64,000 nucleotides of DNA from Solirubrobacteraceae bacterium (lineage in GTDB: Bacteria; Actinomycetota; Thermoleophilia; Solirubrobacterales; Solirubrobacteraceae), in the NCBI GenBank assembly GCA_049513255.1, contig JBEKWH010000006.1, positions 80,890 to 144,889 of the forward strand. The letters are read 5' to 3'. Shown here in pieces: positions 38,188 to 50,808 of this stretch. Position 1 is the first letter of the stretch. The number at the start of each line of letters is the position of its first letter. The notes beneath the pieces are model-generated. The model made no database searches and was not told where the DNA came from. It saw nothing but the letters and a program-made list of their open reading frames with translations. A program made the translations under genes and the position numbers.

Positions 38188-38841
38188 ATGCGCGTGCCAG
38201 TCCGATCCGAGCCAGACGCCTTCCGCTTGACCGTGGCCGGCGCGCTGGCGGTTGCGGTCGCGGTGCTGGTCGGCTGGCTCACCAAGCCGCTGGTTGGCGC
38301 AGCGGTGTTCGTGGTGGTGCTGATACTGGCCGCGATCGCCTACCTGCGCGCGGCCAACCCCGATCGCCGCACGCCGCTGCGCGAGGCGAGCGTCGCGGTG
38401 CATCCTCACGGCGCCGCGCCCGGCAAGCGCCATGTGCTGGTCGTCGCCAACGAGACGCTCTCAGGCGCGGCGCTGTGCGAGCGGATCCTCGGAGATGATC
38501 ACGAGCGCGTCGAGGTCGACGTCCTCGCCCCGGTGCTCACCTCGCGCCTGCATCAAGGAGTATCTGACATCGACCGCGAGCTCGAGCACGCCCGCGCGCG
38601 CCTGGAGCGCTCGCTGGCGTGGGCGCACGAGCAGGGCATCGTCGCCCGCGGCGAGGTCGGCGATCCCAGCGCGACGAGCGCGATCGAGGACGAGCTGCGC
38701 GACTTCGGCGCCGACGAGGTGATCGTCGTCACGCATCCGCGCGAGCGTGAGACCTGGCAGGAGCATGGAGAGCTGGAGCGTCTGCGGCGTGAGCTGGACA
38801 TACCTGTCACGCACGTAGTGGTCGGTGACGGCGGCTCGTAG
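38188..38841 (+). CDS. Membrane-anchored USP-like (adenine nucleotide alpha hydrolase fold) protein
   Basis: Two N-terminal TMs, then HVLVVANETL, GEVGDP and FGADEVIVVTHP. Confidence 0.75.
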   Translation: MRVPVRSEPDAFRLTVAGALAVAVAVLVGWLTKPLVGAAVFVVVLILAAIAYLRAANPDRRTPLREASVAVHPHGAAPGKRHVLVVANETLSGAALCERILGDDHERVEVDVLAPVLTSRLHQGVSDIDRELEHARARLERSLAWAHEQGIVARGEVGDPSATSAIEDELRDFGADEVIVVTHPRERETWQEHGELERLRRELDIPVTHVVVGDGGS

Positions 38842-38859
38842 CTCGTCCGACATGAAGCC

Positions 38860-39597
38860 ATGCCGCCGTCGAGCAACCAACGGTCGGGCCTGACAGCGGC
38901 CGCCCGCGGCCCACGGTGGCTGGCGGCGCTGGTCGTCCTGACTGCGGTGATCGCGAGTGGACCGGCGGCGTCGCCGGCTCTCGCGAGCAGGCCGCGCGCG
39001 GCGGTCGCCGCCCCTACCGGGCGCCAGGCCGCGGCGAACCTGAGCCTCGGCTCGCACGGGCCGGCGGTGCGCACGCTGCAGAGCGCGCTCGCACGCTTGA
39101 CGTATCTGCCCTCCGACGGCGTCGACGGGGTCTTCGGCGAACGGACCTGGCACGCGGTGGTCGCGTTTCAGGGGTGGAGCGGGCTGGTGCGCGACGGCGT
39201 GGCGGGCCCGCTCACGCAGCGGGCGCTCGCGCACGCGCGGCGGCCGGTGCCGTGGTCCACAGCCACAGGGTTCGAGGTCCACATCGCTCAGCAGGTGCTG
39301 CTGCTCGTGCGCGACGGGCGGGTGCAGCGCGCGATTCACGTCTCGACCGGGCGCCCGGGCTGGCCGACGCCGGTCGGGCACTTCACGATCCTGGAACGCG
39401 ATCTGATGAGCTGGTCGGCGCCGTTCCAGGTGTGGATGCCGCTTGCGCAGTACTTCTACGACGGCTTTGCCCTGCATGAGTTCTCCGAAGTGCCCGACTA
39501 CCCCGCCTCGCACGGGTGCATCCGCGTGCCCGAAGTGGAAGCGCCGACCGTGTGGCAGTTCGGGCGTGTCGGGATGCGCCTGTGGACAAGCCCTTGA
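38860..39597 (+). CDS. L,D-transpeptidase with peptidoglycan-binding domain
   Basis: PG_binding_1 pattern LQSAL..L.Y..DG.FG..T..AV.AFQ and YkuD motif ALH...PASHGCIRV. Confidence 0.92.
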   Translation: MPPSSNQRSGLTAAARGPRWLAALVVLTAVIASGPAASPALASRPRAAVAAPTGRQAAANLSLGSHGPAVRTLQSALARLTYLPSDGVDGVFGERTWHAVVAFQGWSGLVRDGVAGPLTQRALAHARRPVPWSTATGFEVHIAQQVLLLVRDGRVQRAIHVSTGRPGWPTPVGHFTILERDLMSWSAPFQVWMPLAQYFYDGFALHEFSEVPDYPASHGCIRVPEVEAPTVWQFGRVGMRLWTSP

Positions 39598-39632
39598 GCT
39601 GGAGGCGCCAGGCCGCGACGATCACGGGCAAC

Positions 39633-41468
39633 GTGCACCCTTCGACGCTCCCCGTGCCGGCGCCCGCGTCTCAGCGCCTCAAGGACGCGAGCCGGGCTGC
39701 GCGCGGATTGGCGGCGCGTGTCGCGCGCGGGCTGTGCGTGCGCGTGCCGGGGACCGCGGCGGGTCTCGCCGCGGCGATCCCCGTGATCAACTCGACGATC
39801 AAAGCCGCACATGCGGGATGGGTGCCGGCGGGGGACGACGGGATCATCGCCACGCGCGGCTGGGACGTGCTCACCTCGCACACGCCGCTGGTCGGCCAGT
39901 ACTCCGAGGCCGGCCTGGTGATCCGCGGGCAGGTCATGCACAGCCCCGGTCCGATGCTGTACTGGCTGATCGCGCTGCCGGCGCGCTTCGGCAGCGTCAC
40001 GAGCATCGCGGTGACGATGGGCATCGTCAACACGCTGGCGATCATCGGCTGCGTCGCGCTCGCGCGCCGCCGCGGCGGCCTGGTCCTGATGTTCGCGACG
40101 GCGGCCGGGATCGCGCTGATGTGCCAGTCGCTGCCGACCGAGGCGATGCACGACATCTGGAACCCGGCGGCCGGCCTGTTCGGATTCCTGCTGCTGATCT
40201 TCCTCGGCTGGTCGCTCGCCTGCGGTGAACACCGCCTGCTGCCGATCACGGTGTTCGTCGCGAGCTTCGTCACGCAGACCCACCTGATGTACGCGGCGCC
40301 GACCGCGGTGCTGCTCGCGGTCGGCTTCGGCGGGCTCTTGATCGGGTCGCTTAGGCGCCGCCGCGTACGCGCCGCCGGCCGCGGGCCGCACTCGCAGCCG
40401 CAGCCGCAGCCGCAGCCGCCAAGGAGGATCTGGCCGTGGGCGCTGGCGGCGCTCGTGGTGGCCGGCGCGTGCTGGACCGAGCCGGCGATCGATCAGATCG
40501 AGAACAGCCCTGGGAACCTCTCGATGATCGTGCGCACCGCGGAGCACCGCGGGCCGACGCTCGGCGCGACGGCTGGTTGGCACGCGGTGGTCCGCTCGAT
40601 CGGGGTGCGGCCGTGGTGGCTGTACGTGCCCGCGTCGGAGTGGGAGCGCAAGGCGGACGTTCGCGCCACGCCGAGCAGCCGCGCCCTCGATTCGACGATC
40701 GCGCTGCTCGCGGCGCTGGCGCTGGCCGGGCTGATCGGCGCCGTCCGGCGACGGTGGGATCTCACCGCGGCGACGCTGATCGGCCTGGGGCTGTGTGCGG
40801 CGATCGGCGTCGAGGCGGCCTCCAACCCGTCGACGAGACTGCTTGCGGAAACTCTCGGCTACACGATGTGGTGGGGCTCAGAGCTGGGCCTGTGGGTGTG
40901 GCTGATGCTCGCGTGGGCGCTGTGGCTCGGGCTCATCGGCATGTCGCGCCCGCCGCTGCGGGCGCTGCGCCGCCGCATCCGCGGCGACCGCGGGGCGCTG
41001 CCCGCATGGGTGCGACCGGCTGCGGTCGTGCTCGCCTCGCTGGCGAGCATTGGCGGAGTGGCCGCTGTGGGCAGCGCGGTCGCGGCGACCGCGAAGCCGG
41101 ACTCCCACGTGTACGAGTACCGGCCGATCCGCGCGGTTGCGGCGGGCATCGAGCGCCTGATCGAACCAGGCCGGTCGATCGAATATCGCCTCGGACCGCT
41201 CGACGTCGGCACGCAGCCGATGGAGCCCGCGATCCGCTTCCTGCTCGTCCGCCACGGAGACCGCGTCCTGGCGGAGGGCTCGTACCCGCGACTCGGCTCC
41301 TACTACGAGCTGTATCACCGTCCGGTGCAGTGGACCGTGTACCTCCGCGACGGCACCCGGCGCCAGCCGCACATGACGCTCGCGGCGCGCGTCCGCTTCA
41401 CCGACCCCTGGGGCACGGACGTGCTCAGCGCGTGGGTGGCCCGCGCGAGGCGCGCACGGGCTCCGTAA
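39633..41468 (+). CDS. Multi-pass membrane protein (GT-C/ArnT-like topology); start uncertain
   Basis: GDDG..A acidic loop after TM1, HSPGPMLYWL and WNP motifs, many TMs, and an internal (QP)4 repeat. Confidence 0.65.
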   Translation: MHPSTLPVPAPASQRLKDASRAARGLAARVARGLCVRVPGTAAGLAAAIPVINSTIKAAHAGWVPAGDDGIIATRGWDVLTSHTPLVGQYSEAGLVIRGQVMHSPGPMLYWLIALPARFGSVTSIAVTMGIVNTLAIIGCVALARRRGGLVLMFATAAGIALMCQSLPTEAMHDIWNPAAGLFGFLLLIFLGWSLACGEHRLLPITVFVASFVTQTHLMYAAPTAVLLAVGFGGLLIGSLRRRRVRAAGRGPHSQPQPQPQPPRRIWPWALAALVVAGACWTEPAIDQIENSPGNLSMIVRTAEHRGPTLGATAGWHAVVRSIGVRPWWLYVPASEWERKADVRATPSSRALDSTIALLAALALAGLIGAVRRRWDLTAATLIGLGLCAAIGVEAASNPSTRLLAETLGYTMWWGSELGLWVWLMLAWALWLGLIGMSRPPLRALRRRIRGDRGALPAWVRPAAVVLASLASIGGVAAVGSAVAATAKPDSHVYEYRPIRAVAAGIERLIEPGRSIEYRLGPLDVGTQPMEPAIRFLLVRHGDRVLAEGSYPRLGSYYELYHRPVQWTVYLRDGTRRQPHMTLAARVRFTDPWGTDVLSAWVARARRARAP

Positions 41469-41498
41469 AAGACCGCAATGCGCGTGGTAGCTACCGCC
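41462..41498. promoter_or_regulatory. Two putative 16-bp regulator sites upstream of the acsA-pdh-ATPase operon
   Basis: TCCGTAAAAGACCGCA (41462) and CGTGGTAGCTACCGCC (41483). Confidence 0.5.
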
Positions 41499-41559
41499 GA
41501 TGCGGGCGCTTCGGCTGATGCCCTACGGTTCGGACGTGTCCTCCACGGGTGAGAGAGCC

Positions 41560-43359
41560 GTGACCCAAGCTCGGGGATCCGGGCATGCGGATGCGAGCTC
41601 GCACGCGCAGGGCGTTCCGCCGAACATGGTGGACTACGACGAGGCTCGCTCGACGTTCTCGTGGACGGCGGCGCGAGCGGAGCTCGCGGGCCTGCCCGGC
41701 GGCGGCTTGAACATCGCGCACGAGGCCGTCGACCGCCACGCGGATGGGCCGCTGGCAGACACGACCGCGTTGCGCTGCCTCGGCAGGCACGGGGGCGCGC
41801 GCGAGATCACCTACGCGGAGCTGCGACGCGAGACCGCCCGCTTCGCGAACGTGCTGGAGACGCTCGGCGTGCAGCGCGGGGAGCGCGTGTTCGTCCTCAG
41901 CGGGCGGATCCTCGAGCTGTATGTGGCCGCGCTGGGGACGCTCAAGCACGGCAGCGTGTTCTCGCCGCTGTTCTCGGCGTTCGGGCCCGAGCCGATCGAG
42001 CAGCGCCTGGCGCTCGGCGACGCGCGCGCGCTGATCACGACGCCGGCGCTGTACAAGCGCAAGGTCGCGCAGCTGCGCGAGCGCCTGCCACAGCTCGCGC
42101 ACGTGCTGCTGGTGGGAGACGAGGCGGAGATCGCGGCGATCCCGGACGTGCAGGACTTCAAGCGGCTGATGGGCGCGGCCGGGGACACGTACGAGATCGC
42201 CGTGACGGCTCCGGAGGACATGGCGCTGCTGCACTTCACCAGCGGCACGACCGGGACGCCGAAGGGGGCGGTGCACGTGCACGAGGCGGTCGTGGCGCAT
42301 CGTGCGACCGGGCGCACCGTGCTCGATCTGCGCCCCGGCGACGTGTTCTGGTGCACCGCCGATCCGGGCTGGGTGACCGGCACCTCCTACGGGATCATCG
42401 CCCCGCTGACGCTGGGCGTCACGAGCGTCATCGACGAGGCCGACTTCGACGCCGACCGCTGGTACACGATCCTCCAGGAGCAGCGGGTGAGCGTGTGGTA
42501 CACGGCGCCGACGGCGTTGCGGATGCTGATGCGCATCGGCGCCGAGGTCGCCCGCGAGTACGACCTCAGCTCGTTGCGCTTCATCGCGAGCGTCGGCGAG
42601 CCGCTGAACCCCGAGGTGGTCCTGTGGGGCGAGGAGGCGTTCGGCATGCCGATCCACGACAACTGGTGGCAGACGGAGACCGGCGGGATCATGGTCGCCA
42701 ACTACCGCTCGATGGACGTGCGGCCAGGGTCGATGGGCCGCCCGCTGCCGGGGATCGAGGCGGCGGTGGCGCGACGCGACGCCGAAGGCCGGCCGGTGCT
42801 CGCCGATGACGGTGGCCTCGAGCTGGTGCGCGCGCCGGAGGAGCAGGGCGAGCTGGTGCTGCGTCCGGGCTGGCCGTCGATGTTCCGCGGCTACCTCGGC
42901 GAGCAGGAGCGCTACGAGCGCTGCTTCGCCGGCGGCTGGTATCTGAGTGGCGACCTCGTGCGACGCGACGCCGACGGCTACTTCTGGTTCGTCGGGCGCG
43001 GCGATGACGTGATCAAGTCGGCGGGACACCTGATCGGCCCGTTCGAGGTGGAGAGCGCGCTGCTCGCCCACCATGCCGTCGCCGAAGCGGGCGTGATCGG
43101 CAAGCCCGATCCGGTGGCCGGGGAAATCGTCAAGGCGTTCGTCGCGCTGGCCCCGGGCCAAGAGCCGGGCGAGGAGTTGCGCAAAGAGCTGCTGGGCTTC
43201 GCGCGCCAGCGGCTCGGCGCGGCGGTCGCGCCGCGCGAGATCGACTTCGTCGCGAGCGTGCCGCGCAATCGCTCCGGCAAGATCATGCGCCGGCTGCTGA
43301 AGGCGCGCGAGCTCGGCCTGCCCGAGGGCGACGTCTCGACGCTGGAGCCGGACGCATGA
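41560..43359 (+). CDS. acsA: Acetate/acyl--CoA ligase (acetyl-CoA synthetase-like)
   Basis: [37 protein letters not shown] and RSGKIMRR motifs. Confidence 0.93.
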   Translation: MTQARGSGHADASSHAQGVPPNMVDYDEARSTFSWTAARAELAGLPGGGLNIAHEAVDRHADGPLADTTALRCLGRHGGAREITYAELRRETARFANVLETLGVQRGERVFVLSGRILELYVAALGTLKHGSVFSPLFSAFGPEPIEQRLALGDARALITTPALYKRKVAQLRERLPQLAHVLLVGDEAEIAAIPDVQDFKRLMGAAGDTYEIAVTAPEDMALLHFTSGTTGTPKGAVHVHEAVVAHRATGRTVLDLRPGDVFWCTADPGWVTGTSYGIIAPLTLGVTSVIDEADFDADRWYTILQEQRVSVWYTAPTALRMLMRIGAEVAREYDLSSLRFIASVGEPLNPEVVLWGEEAFGMPIHDNWWQTETGGIMVANYRSMDVRPGSMGRPLPGIEAAVARRDAEGRPVLADDGGLELVRAPEEQGELVLRPGWPSMFRGYLGEQERYERCFAGGWYLSGDLVRRDADGYFWFVGRGDDVIKSAGHLIGPFEVESALLAHHAVAEAGVIGKPDPVAGEIVKAFVALAPGQEPGEELRKELLGFARQRLGAAVAPREIDFVASVPRNRSGKIMRRLLKARELGLPEGDVSTLEPDA

Positions 43360-44369
43360 GCGCCGAGGAGCCGCTGCAGCGCGACCACGGACTGCACCTG
43401 CTGCATCAGATGCTGCGCGTGCGCCGCTTCGAGGAGAAGTGCGTGGAGCTGTACAGCGCGGCCAAGATCCGCGGCTTCATGCACCTGTACATCGGCGAGG
43501 AGGCTGTGGCCGCGGGCGTGATGGAGGCTCTGGGGCCCGAGGACGCGATCGTGGCGACCTACCGCGAGCACGGCCACGCGCTCGTGCGCGGGGTGTCCGC
43601 GGGCGCGATCATGGCGGAGATGTACGGCAAGGTCGAGGGCTGCTCGCGTGGACGCGGCGGGTCGATGCACCTGTTCGACGCGGCCACGCGCTTCTACGGC
43701 GGCAACGCGATCGTCGGCGGCGGGCTGCCGCTGGCGCTCGGCCTGGCGCTGGCGGACAAGCTGCAGGGGCGCGAGCGCGTGACCGCGTGCTTCTTCGGCG
43801 ACGGCGCGGTCGCCGAGGGCGAGTTCCACGAGTCGATGAACCTCGCCGCCCTGTGGCGGCTGCCGGTGCTGTTCTGCTGCGAGAACAACCTCTACGCGAT
43901 GGGCACCGCGATCGAGCGCTACGAGTCCGAGACCGAGCTCGCCCTGAAGGCCGCGAGCTACGAGATGCCCGCGTGGAGCGTCGACGGGATGGACGTGGTC
44001 GCGGTCGAGCACGCCGCGCGCAAGGCCGCGGCCGAGGTCCGCGGCGGGATGCCGTGCTTCCTGGAGCTGCGGACCTACCGCTTCCGCGCGCACTCGATGT
44101 ACGACCCGGACCTGTACCGCTCCAAGGATGAGATCGAGCACTGGAAGGAGCACGACCCGATCGCCGTGCTGACCAGGGCTCTGCAGGAGGGCGACATGCT
44201 CAGCGACGACGATCTGGCCGGGCTGGAGCGCGCGGTCGCGCAGGAGGTCGAGGACGCGATCGCCTTCGCGGAGTCGGGCACGCTGGAGCCGGTGGAGGAC
44301 CTGGAGCGGTTCGTTTACTGGGAGCCCGCCCACTCGGAGCCCGCCCACCCCGAGCCGGCCCGGGCATGA
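43356..44369 (+). CDS. pdhA: Pyruvate/2-oxoacid dehydrogenase E1 alpha
   Basis: TYREHG, GRGGSMH, the ThDP motif GDGA...ENN, and YRFRAHS. Confidence 0.95.
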   Translation: MSAEEPLQRDHGLHLLHQMLRVRRFEEKCVELYSAAKIRGFMHLYIGEEAVAAGVMEALGPEDAIVATYREHGHALVRGVSAGAIMAEMYGKVEGCSRGRGGSMHLFDAATRFYGGNAIVGGGLPLALGLALADKLQGRERVTACFFGDGAVAEGEFHESMNLAALWRLPVLFCCENNLYAMGTAIERYESETELALKAASYEMPAWSVDGMDVVAVEHAARKAAAEVRGGMPCFLELRTYRFRAHSMYDPDLYRSKDEIEHWKEHDPIAVLTRALQEGDMLSDDDLAGLERAVAQEVEDAIAFAESGTLEPVEDLERFVYWEPAHSEPAHPEPARA

Positions 44370-45364
44370 GCAGCCCGGCGGCGGTCACGCTGACCTATCG
44401 CGAGGCCATGCGCCAGGCGATCCGCGAGGCGCTGCTGGGCGACGAGCGGGTGTTCCTGATGGGCGAGGACGTCGGCGCCTACGGCGGCTGCTTCGGCGTC
44501 TCCAAAGGCCTGCTCGAGGAGTTCGGGCCCGAGCGCATCCGCGACACGCCGCTGTCTGAGTCGGCGTTCGTCGGCGCGGGGATCGGCGCCGCGATGGGCG
44601 GCATGCGCCCGATCGTCGAGGTGATGACCGTCAACTTCTGCCTGCTGGCGCTCGACCAGATCATGAACAACGCCGCCACGATCACGCACATGTCCGGCGG
44701 CCAGTTCTCGATCCCGCTGGTGATCCGCATGACGACCGGCGCCGGGCGCCAGGTCGCCGCCCAGCATTCCCACAGCCTCGAGGGCTGGCTCGCCCACATC
44801 CCCGGGCTGCGGCTGCTGACCCCGGCGACACTCGCCGACGCCCGCGGGATGCTCGCGCCGTCGCTGCAGGATCCCAACCCCGTGCTGATCTTCGAGCACG
44901 GTGGGCTCTACAACCTGGAGGGCGAGCTGCCCGCCGACGCGGGCGCCGTCGACATCGAGCGCGCCGCCATCCGCCGCGCCGGCGCCGACGTGACGCTGAT
45001 CGCCTACGGGGGGACGCTGGCGACCGCGATGGACGCCGCCGATGCGCTCGCCGGGGCCGGCATCGAGGCCGAGGTGATCGACCTGCGGGTGCTGCGCCCG
45101 CTCGACGACGCGACGGTGATCGAGTCGCTTGCGAGGACCCACCGGGCAGTGATCGTCGATGAGGGCTGGCGCTCGGGCAGCCTCGCCGCGGAGGTCAGCG
45201 CGCGAATCATGGAGCAGGCCTTCTACGAGCTCGACGCCCCTGTCGCCCGCGTCTGCTCGGCGGAGGTCCCGATGCCATACGCCCAGCATCTCGAGCAGGC
45301 GGCGCTGCCGCAGGCGAGCACCGTCGTCGCCGAGGTCCAGCGGATGGTGGGCGCCGGTGGCTGA
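44366..45364 (+). CDS. pdhB: Pyruvate/2-oxoacid dehydrogenase E1 beta
   Basis: MGEDVG.YGG, DTPLSE, AAQHSHS and DLRVLRPLD motifs. Confidence 0.95.
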   Translation: MSSPAAVTLTYREAMRQAIREALLGDERVFLMGEDVGAYGGCFGVSKGLLEEFGPERIRDTPLSESAFVGAGIGAAMGGMRPIVEVMTVNFCLLALDQIMNNAATITHMSGGQFSIPLVIRMTTGAGRQVAAQHSHSLEGWLAHIPGLRLLTPATLADARGMLAPSLQDPNPVLIFEHGGLYNLEGELPADAGAVDIERAAIRRAGADVTLIAYGGTLATAMDAADALAGAGIEAEVIDLRVLRPLDDATVIESLARTHRAVIVDEGWRSGSLAAEVSARIMEQAFYELDAPVARVCSAEVPMPYAQHLEQAALPQASTVVAEVQRMVGAGG

Positions 45365-46616
45365 TTTCCTGATGCCCTCGCTGGGAGCCGACATGACCTC
45401 CGGCACCCTGCTCGAATGGCGCGTGAAGCCCGGCGATGAGGTCAAGCGCGGTGACATCGTCGCGGTCGTCGACACGAGCAAGGCCGAGATCGAAGTCGAG
45501 ATCTTCGAGGACGGCGTGATCGACGAGCTGCTCGTCCCCGAGGGCACCCGCGTGCCCGTCGGAACGCCGCTCGCGACCGTCCGCGCCGGCGCAGAGCAGG
45601 AGGCGCCGCCCGCACCGCCCGTACCGCCCGCGCCCGCGCGGCACGTCGCCGTGCCCGCGTCGCCGCAGCCGCTCGAGGAGCACCGTCTACGGGCCTCGCC
45701 GCTGGCGCGGCGCGTGGCCGAACAGCTCGGCGTCGACCTGGCGACGGTCGCGGGCAGCGGACAGGCCGGGGCGATCACCAGGACCGACGTGGAACACGCC
45801 GCGGCGGGTGCCGTCACGCCGGCCCCGCCGGCGCCGGCGGCTGCACCCTCGCCTGCTGCGTCTGCACCGGCGGCACCCGCTCCGGCCGCGAGCGGCGCGC
45901 TCGCCCCCCCACCCACGCCACCGGCCCCACCAACCGGGGAGCCCGGCGACCGTGCGCTGGCGATGCGCCAGGCGATCGGGGCGCTGATGGCGCGCTCGAA
46001 GCGAGAGATACCGCACTACTACCTGCAGACTCAGATCGACATGAGCGGAGCGCTCGCGTGGCTGGCGGAGCAGAACCTCGAGCGACCGATCGCCGAGCGC
46101 CTGCTGCCATCGGCGCTGCTGCTGAGCGCGGCGGCCAAGGCGGCCGCCGCGACGCCGGCGCTGAACGGCTTCTGGGTCGACGAGGCGTTTCGCCCGTCCG
46201 AGGCTGTCCACCTCGGCGTGGCGATCTCGCTGCGCGGCGGCGGCCTGGTCGCGCCGGCGCTGCACGACGCCGACCGCAGCAGCCTCGACGAGCTGATGGC
46301 CGGCCTGCGCGACCTCGTGACGCGGGCTCGAGCGGGCAGGCTGCGCGGCTCGGAGATGTCCGATCCGACGATCACCGTGACGAACCTGGGCGAGCAGGGA
46401 GTCGAACTGGTGCACGGCGTGATCTACCCGCCGCAGGTGGCGCTGGTCGGCTTCGGTGCCGTGCTGGAGCGACCGTGGGCCGTGGACGGGATGCTCGGCG
46501 CGCGGCCGATCGTGACCGCGACGCTCGCGGCCGACCATCGCGCGAGCGACGGCCACGCCGGAGGCCGCTTTCTCACCCTGATAGACCGCCTACTGCAGAA
46601 ACCGGAGGAGCTATGA
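45357..46616 (+). CDS. pdhC: Dihydrolipoamide acyltransferase E2
   Basis: Lipoyl domain DTSKAE, E3-binding domain [15 protein letters not shown], and catalytic DHRASDG. Confidence 0.94.
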   Translation: MADFLMPSLGADMTSGTLLEWRVKPGDEVKRGDIVAVVDTSKAEIEVEIFEDGVIDELLVPEGTRVPVGTPLATVRAGAEQEAPPAPPVPPAPARHVAVPASPQPLEEHRLRASPLARRVAEQLGVDLATVAGSGQAGAITRTDVEHAAAGAVTPAPPAPAAAPSPAASAPAAPAPAASGALAPPPTPPAPPTGEPGDRALAMRQAIGALMARSKREIPHYYLQTQIDMSGALAWLAEQNLERPIAERLLPSALLLSAAAKAAAATPALNGFWVDEAFRPSEAVHLGVAISLRGGGLVAPALHDADRSSLDELMAGLRDLVTRARAGRLRGSEMSDPTITVTNLGEQGVELVHGVIYPPQVALVGFGAVLERPWAVDGMLGARPIVTATLAADHRASDGHAGGRFLTLIDRLLQKPEEL

Positions 46617-46879
46617 ACGAGCAGGAGCTGCGCGACGTCGTGATCCGGGCGTTGACCGAGGTCGCACCAGATATCGACCCGGCCGCGATCGATCCCGCGG
46701 CCGATCTGGCCGAGCAGCTGGACATCGACTCGATCGACTTCCTCAACGTGCTCGTCAACGTGCACGAGCAGACGGGGATCGAGATTCCCGAGCGCGACTA
46801 CCCGAAGCTCTCCACGCTCGACGACGCGGTCGCCTATCTCCTCGCTGCACAGCCGCGAGGCGCCGGCACGGACGCGTAA
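46613..46879 (+). CDS. Acyl carrier protein
   Basis: Not a separate track ORF; ATG at 46613 overlaps the pdhC stop. Phosphopantetheine site LDIDSIDF and GIEIPERDY motif. Confidence 0.92.
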   Translation: MNEQELRDVVIRALTEVAPDIDPAAIDPAADLAEQLDIDSIDFLNVLVNVHEQTGIEIPERDYPKLSTLDDAVAYLLAAQPRGAGTDA

Positions 46880-46890
46880 CCTCCCTGCCG

Positions 46891-47319
46891 ATGACACCCC
46901 TGGCCGAGCTCCTCGACCGGCTGCGACGCCGCCGCCAGCCGCCCGGGCGCGCGGCTGCGGCGGTGGGTGTGCCCGCGGTCGAGCCCGACGTCGCCGCGGA
47001 GCTGGCGCCCCTGTTCGGCCGGCTCGACGAGATCGACGCCGAAGCGGCCGCGATCGTGCAGGCAGCCCGGTCGCAGGCGGCGGCGATCGAGCGCGACGGG
47101 CAGCGAGAGGCCGAGCGAATCCTGGAGCTGGCGAGGAGCGAGGCAGGGCTCGAAGCGGATCGCGTGCGCCGGGAGCGGCGCGAGGCGGCCGAGCTCCAGG
47201 CGCGGGCGATCCTCGCGAACGCCCGCTCCGAGGCGACGCGCCTGCGCGAGCGGGCCGCGCAGCGCGCGCCGAGCGTCGTCGAGGACGTGCTGGGGCTGCT
47301 CGTACGGGGGGCCGGTTGA
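46891..47319 (+). CDS. A/V-type ATPase peripheral stalk subunit G/H-like
   Basis: Long Ala/Glu/Arg coiled coil; first gene of the ATPase run. Confidence 0.6.
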   Translation: MTPLAELLDRLRRRRQPPGRAAAAVGVPAVEPDVAAELAPLFGRLDEIDAEAAAIVQAARSQAAAIERDGQREAERILELARSEAGLEADRVRRERREAAELQARAILANARSEATRLRERAAQRAPSVVEDVLGLLVRGAG

Positions 47320-48228
47320 GCGCCGAGTGGATCGCGGGCACGGTGCGCGGCAGGCTGCTGCTCGAACGCCGCCTGGGCGAGGAGCCCGCTCGCACGCTGG
47401 CCGCGCAGAGCTCCCTCGCCGCGGCCCAGCGCCTGCTGCTGGCAAGCGCTTACGGCCGTGACGTCGGCGCTGCGCAGGAGCTCGCTCCCGCGCAGCGCGC
47501 CGTCGCCGCGACCGCGCTGTGGCATCTGCGCATCTTCGCCGGCTGGCTGCCGCCGGACGGCGCCGTGCTGCTGCGTGCGCTCGCCGCCTGGTACGAGCTG
47601 GTCAACATCGAGCACCACATCGCCTGGATCGTCACGGGGGCCAGCCCACCGCCGCCGTTCGAGCTCGGCGGCCTCGCCACCGTCTGGCCCCGCGTCGAGC
47701 CGACGCGCAGCGCGGCCGAAGTCCGCGCGGCGCTCGCAGCGTCGCCCTGGGGAGAGCCGGCCAGCGAAGAGCCGCTCGCACTGCATCTGGCGCTGCGCGC
47801 CGGTTGGGCGCGGCGCGTCATCGACCATGCGGGTGCGGCGAGCGAGTGGGCGCGGGCGGCGGTTGCGCTGCTGGTGGCGCGCGAGCTGCTGCTGGGCGAC
47901 GGCGAGGACCAGCGGCGCCTGCTGGCGCTGCCGGGGGTGAGCGCGAGCTGGCTGTCGGCGTCGAGCGTGCCCGAGCTTGCCGCGCGCCTGCCCGCGAGGA
48001 TCGGCTGGGTGTTGCGCGAGGTGGAGCGGCCCGAGCAGCTGTGGCGTGCCGAACTGGACTGGTGGCGGCGCGTCGAGGACGACGCGCAGGCGCTGATGCG
48101 AAGCCCGGTCGGGTCGCCCGCGCTGGTCGTCGGGACGGTCGCGCTGCTCATGGCCGACGCGCGGCGAGCGGGTCAGGCGCTGGCGATCGCGGCGCTCGGC
48201 GGCAGCCAACGAATGCGAGAGCGCGCGG

Positions 48229-48242
<14 letters not shown>
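47316..48242 (+). CDS. A/V-type ATPase subunit C (d)-like, divergent
   Basis: Size, position and helical content; YELVNI resembles the subunit C ..N(I/L) motif. Confidence 0.6.
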
Positions 48243-50265
<2,023 letters not shown>

Positions 50266-50269
<4 letters not shown>

Positions 50270-50808
50270 GACGCTCCCCCCACCGGCGGGCAGCCGCGAC
50301 GCGCCGGCCCGCGGAGGTCGATCGCTGGGCGCCGGTTCGCAGCACGACACTGGCCGACGCCCACGCGGAGGCCGAACGACTCCGCGCCCAGGCAGGGGAG
50401 CGTGGAGCGGCCGCGCTCGCCGCGGCCCACGCGCGCGCTCGGGAGCTGCACGAGGACTCGATCGCGGCGGCCCGCCGCGCTGCCGACGACGACGCCCGGC
50501 GGGTGCTCTCGGCCGCGCGCAAAAGCGCACACGAGCTGCTGCTGTCGGCGCGCCGGGAGGTCTACGCCGGCGTCGCCCGTGACGTCGCCCAGCAGGCGTC
50601 GAGCCGCCGCGCGGACTACCAGGCGGTGACCGAACGGCTGATCGGCGACGCGCGGCGACGCCTGGGGGCGGACGTGCAGATCACCGACGCGCCGGACGGC
50701 GGGATCATCGCCCACGCTCCGGGACGTCAGATCGACTACTCGCTCTCGACCCAGGTCGGGCGCTGTCTGGCCGAGCTGGACGACGAGGTGGCGGCGTTGT
50801 GGAGTTGA
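50266..50808 (+). CDS. A/V-type ATPase subunit E-like
   Basis: N-terminal coiled coil followed by DGGIIA..GRQIDYSL; lies between F and A. Confidence 0.75.

Noticed and set aside
40395-40418. Phase-variable repeat (CAGCCG)x4
   Set aside because: The unit length is a multiple of three and encodes a QP linker, so slippage would not switch the frame.
44323-44364. [15 protein letters not shown] repeat at the pdhA C-terminus
   Set aside because: A short low-complexity tail extension with no evidence of function.
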